DNA of 64,000 nt from Candidatus Eiseniibacteriota bacterium. Lineage in GTDB: Bacteria > Eisenbacteria > RBG-16-71-46 > CAIMUX01 > VGJL01. Shown piece by piece: positions 61,293-64,000 of the stretch (positions within the stretch are counted from its first letter, which is position 1; every line of letters begins with the position of its first letter). A program made the position numbers and the translations under genes. The notes beneath the pieces are model-generated. The model did not search any database. It was not told where the DNA came from and worked only from the letters and a program-made list of their open reading frames with translations. The DNA is taken from assembly GCA_963792585.1 (NCBI GenBank), contig CAWBWI010000001.1, positions 416,001 through 480,000 on the forward strand, in the 5' to 3' direction.

Positions 61293-63764
61293 ATGCGAAG
61301 ATCAGCACCCTTGCTGACGGCCTTACTCCTGGCCGTCGCCGTGCTGGCTGTCTGCCCTCCTGCGGCGCGCGGCATGGAGCCGGCCGGACAGCGCGGGGGA
61401 CTTCCGGATGGGTCGAACATATACGCGATCCGCCAGCCGAACATTTTCTACCACAACGTCGGTCTTCTGAACCTGATGGTCACCAACGTAGGGGTCATCG
61501 GGAATCCAAGCTTCACCGACGGCGTGGCGGCCGGTTGGCGTGGAGGGGAGTACCTCTACGCCGCGGCGCTCTGGGTCGGCGCGATTGCGAGCGACAACCT
61601 GCCCTACGTCTCGACGGGGGCCTACGAATACGAATTCCGCCCGTCGCTCGACGCGGTCGACACGATCTACCCCGCGTACGAGGGAATCCAAGGCGGGAAC
61701 CGGCCGGGCTTCTCGACCGCACCTGACGATGACGGCGACGGCATGGTCGACGAGGATGCTCACAACGGCAAGGACGACGATCGCGACGGGTTGATCGACG
61801 AGGATTACTCGGCGATCTCGCAACAGGTGTTCTCCTGTGAGTACTGGGACTACACCCAGGAGGCGATCAACGCGTATCCCGAGCACCGGCCCTTGAACCT
61901 CCGCGTTCGGCAGAACAGCTTCGCCTGGTCGACCGAAGGTTCGAACGAGTTCGTCGGATTCGATTTCAAGATCATCAACGACGGCTTCGAGGTGTTGCGG
62001 CAGGTCTATATCGGCTTCTTCGTCGACTCCGATGTGGGTCCTAAAGAGACGCCGGGGTACTACACGGACGACCGTGGAAACCTCTACGCTCGCGACACCA
62101 CCGTGGTCGACGTGACGAACCAGTTCTCCTGCAATGATCGTGAGGGGAACCAGAAGCAGTGCAATCAGCAGCAACTGAGTCTGAACATCTGCTACATGTA
62201 CGACGTTCTGGATGACGGCTCGAGCGCCAACGGCGGCGACGTCGCCGGCTATTTCGGCGGTATGTTCCTCGGCCATACGACCGACCCGTTCGGGGTCTCC
62301 GCCCCGAGCAAGGTCACGGTGCATACGGCGCAGTTCTTCAGCGGTTCCGGCGCCTACCCGGCCGGCGACCCGCGCAACGACTTCGAACGCTACGACTTGC
62401 TGTCGAGCGGTTCCCAGATCCGGCGACCGACCGGCCAGCCGGGAGACTACCGGTATCTGTTCAGCGCGGGGCCGTTCGCGGAACTGAGTCCGGGCAGCGA
62501 ACTCGAACTGCAAACGGCCTTCGTGATCGGAACCGGCCAGGTGGGCATGCTCCGCAATGCGGTCAATGCGCAGAAGATCTACAACGGATCCTGGCGCGAC
62601 GTCGACAACAACAACATTACGGGGCGGGACGGCAAGGAGACGTGTCTCTTCATCCTTCCGGAACAGCCGCCGTTGATCTGGCGGGACCCGTGCGACAGCC
62701 TGAATCCGGAGAGCCGGGTCATCAAGGATACGGTGTGCCTCGAGAAGAACTACGTGGACAACGACTGCAATTGCTGCACGCCGCTCTATCAGAACAACCA
62801 GGAAGCGGCGACGTCGGGCAACGAAACGTTGATCCACTGGGTCGGCGACGTCGCTCCGCCGCCTCCGGGCACGAACATCGATCCGCAGCGGGATCCCTCG
62901 CTGAGCGTCGTCGCCCCGGGCGGCGACCGCAGGGTCATTCTCCAGTGGGACAATCTCTCGGAACTCTCCGCCTCGCCGATCCAGCGAAAGATCCTCTTCA
63001 CCGGCTACCGCATATGGCGCGTGGAAGGGTGGACTCGACCGGTCGGATCCGTGGGTCCGGCGCCGGAGGATTGGCAGTTGATCGCCGATCTTTCGCTCCG
63101 GCCGCCCGACTCGCTCCACTCGGAGAGTCCGTACTTCCTCGCCAAGTACCGCCGCCGTCCACCGGTCGGACCCGACTCGCTCTATTCCGTCCTCACGGGA
63201 TCGCAGATTCCGGGGGAGGAGATACGCTGGTACTACCCGGCGGGTCACTACCAGTTCGAGGACACCCTGGGACTCAAGAACGGGATGACCTACTTCTATG
63301 ACGTCACGGCCTACAGCGCATGGAACGACGAGGTGGGACGCCACTTCGAGCTCTCCGGTCGCCCCGCGTCGTCGGAGAAAGACGCGGTAGTCCCCCGGTG
63401 GGAAGCGACGGAAGCGGGCGAGGACGTCATCGTCGTGCCGGATCCCTACGTCCGGGGAGGGCAGCCCGGGGGCTGGGACCTGACGCCTTCGGACGTCGAT
63501 CCGACGGGGACGAAGATCGCATTCGCGAATCTTCCCCGCGGCGACTGCACAGTGAAGATCTACACGCTCTCGGGGGACCTCGTTCAGACCCTTTCGAACG
63601 ACGGCCGCCGGGGGAGCGGGACGGTTTTCTGGAACCTGATCTCGCGGAACGGCCAGGACATTGTGAGCGGGGTTTACCTGTACTCGGTTGAGTGCAAGGA
63701 CTGCGCGGAAGGCGTGAAGGGCTGCGGCGGTCGGAAGATCGGGCGCTTCACGGTCATTCGGTAG
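61293..63764 (+). CDS. Large secreted protein with DxDxDG Ca-binding loops, Fn3-like region and C-terminal T9SS/FlgD-like sorting domain
   Basis: Signal peptide; VTN.G..G, YL..A.LWVG, DDDGDGMVDED/DDDRDGLIDED, GYRIWR, Y.YDVTAY; tail VVPDPY..KI.F.NLP....KIYTLSGDLV..WNL.SRNGQ..VSGVYLY..FTVIR. Confidence 0.8.
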   Translation: MRRSAPLLTALLLAVAVLAVCPPAARGMEPAGQRGGLPDGSNIYAIRQPNIFYHNVGLLNLMVTNVGVIGNPSFTDGVAAGWRGGEYLYAAALWVGAIASDNLPYVSTGAYEYEFRPSLDAVDTIYPAYEGIQGGNRPGFSTAPDDDGDGMVDEDAHNGKDDDRDGLIDEDYSAISQQVFSCEYWDYTQEAINAYPEHRPLNLRVRQNSFAWSTEGSNEFVGFDFKIINDGFEVLRQVYIGFFVDSDVGPKETPGYYTDDRGNLYARDTTVVDVTNQFSCNDREGNQKQCNQQQLSLNICYMYDVLDDGSSANGGDVAGYFGGMFLGHTTDPFGVSAPSKVTVHTAQFFSGSGAYPAGDPRNDFERYDLLSSGSQIRRPTGQPGDYRYLFSAGPFAELSPGSELELQTAFVIGTGQVGMLRNAVNAQKIYNGSWRDVDNNNITGRDGKETCLFILPEQPPLIWRDPCDSLNPESRVIKDTVCLEKNYVDNDCNCCTPLYQNNQEAATSGNETLIHWVGDVAPPPPGTNIDPQRDPSLSVVAPGGDRRVILQWDNLSELSASPIQRKILFTGYRIWRVEGWTRPVGSVGPAPEDWQLIADLSLRPPDSLHSESPYFLAKYRRRPPVGPDSLYSVLTGSQIPGEEIRWYYPAGHYQFEDTLGLKNGMTYFYDVTAYSAWNDEVGRHFELSGRPASSEKDAVVPRWEATEAGEDVIVVPDPYVRGGQPGGWDLTPSDVDPTGTKIAFANLPRGDCTVKIYTLSGDLVQTLSNDGRRGSGTVFWNLISRNGQDIVSGVYLYSVECKDCAEGVKGCGGRKIGRFTVIR

Positions 63765-63769
63765 GGGGT

Positions 63770-64000
63770 ATGAAGATGAACGGGAAGACGTTGGTTAGAA
63801 TGATCGGGACGCGCAGAACCGTCTGCCTTCTGGCCCTCCTACTGGGACTGCCCTCGTTGGCGGGTGCTGCGCAGGAATTCGAGAAGGTCGGAACGATCGG
63901 TGGCCAGTTCCTGAAGATCGGCATCGGGGCGCGCGCCACCGCGATGGGAGGAGCCTTCGTCTCCGTCGCGGACGACGCGTCGGCGATCTACTGGAATACG
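63770..64000 (+). CDS. PorV/PorQ-family (FadL-like) outer-membrane barrel, 3'-truncated
   Basis: Signal peptide, then KVGT.GGQFLKIGIGARATAMGGAFVSVADDASAIYWN. Confidence 0.85.
   Translation, partial: MKMNGKTLVRMIGTRRTVCLLALLLGLPSLAGAAQEFEKVGTIGGQFLKIGIGARATAMGGAFVSVADDASAIYWNT

Overview
GC-rich (visibly high G+C, not computed) chromosomal window from a diderm, probably anaerobic bacterium. The gene set (Kdo/Lpt, BamD, LolA, PorV-like protein, FlgD/T9SS-type C-terminal domains, Hdr-Flx) suggests an FCB-associated lineage such as Ca. Eisenbacteria; this is inference only. In order: a partial SH3-NlpC/P60 peptidase; a complete hdrCBA-flx(DC)BA electron-bifurcation operon with a sigma70 promoter, a perfect Rex/CRP-type palindrome and a terminator; a Mesh1-like HD hydrolase; an Fn3/FGE-fold lipoprotein; mreBCD-mrdA-rodA; an M6 metalloprotease with a T9SS-like tail; lgt-aroE-comF-rne/rng-rplU-rpmA-mdh; kdsB-pyrG-kdsA-kdsD; lptC-lptB-rpoN-hpf-hprK; a mannose-family PTS with a GH57 glucanotransferase inserted between IIB and IIC, followed by HPr, EI, PGI/PMI and an NDP-sugar synthase; metK-ahcY-ftsK-lolA-rimO-hypothetical-bamD-nadD-polA-coaE-prfB (programmed frameshift); and a cell-surface locus (EB_dh/DOMON heme lipoprotein, beta-barrel, TonB-dependent receptor, CTD-bearing secreted protein, PorV-like protein). 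Many essential genes carry single-base indels that look like long-read consensus errors, not true pseudogenes. No tRNA, rRNA, CRISPR or mobile element was seen. All product calls come from motif recognition by eye, not database searches.
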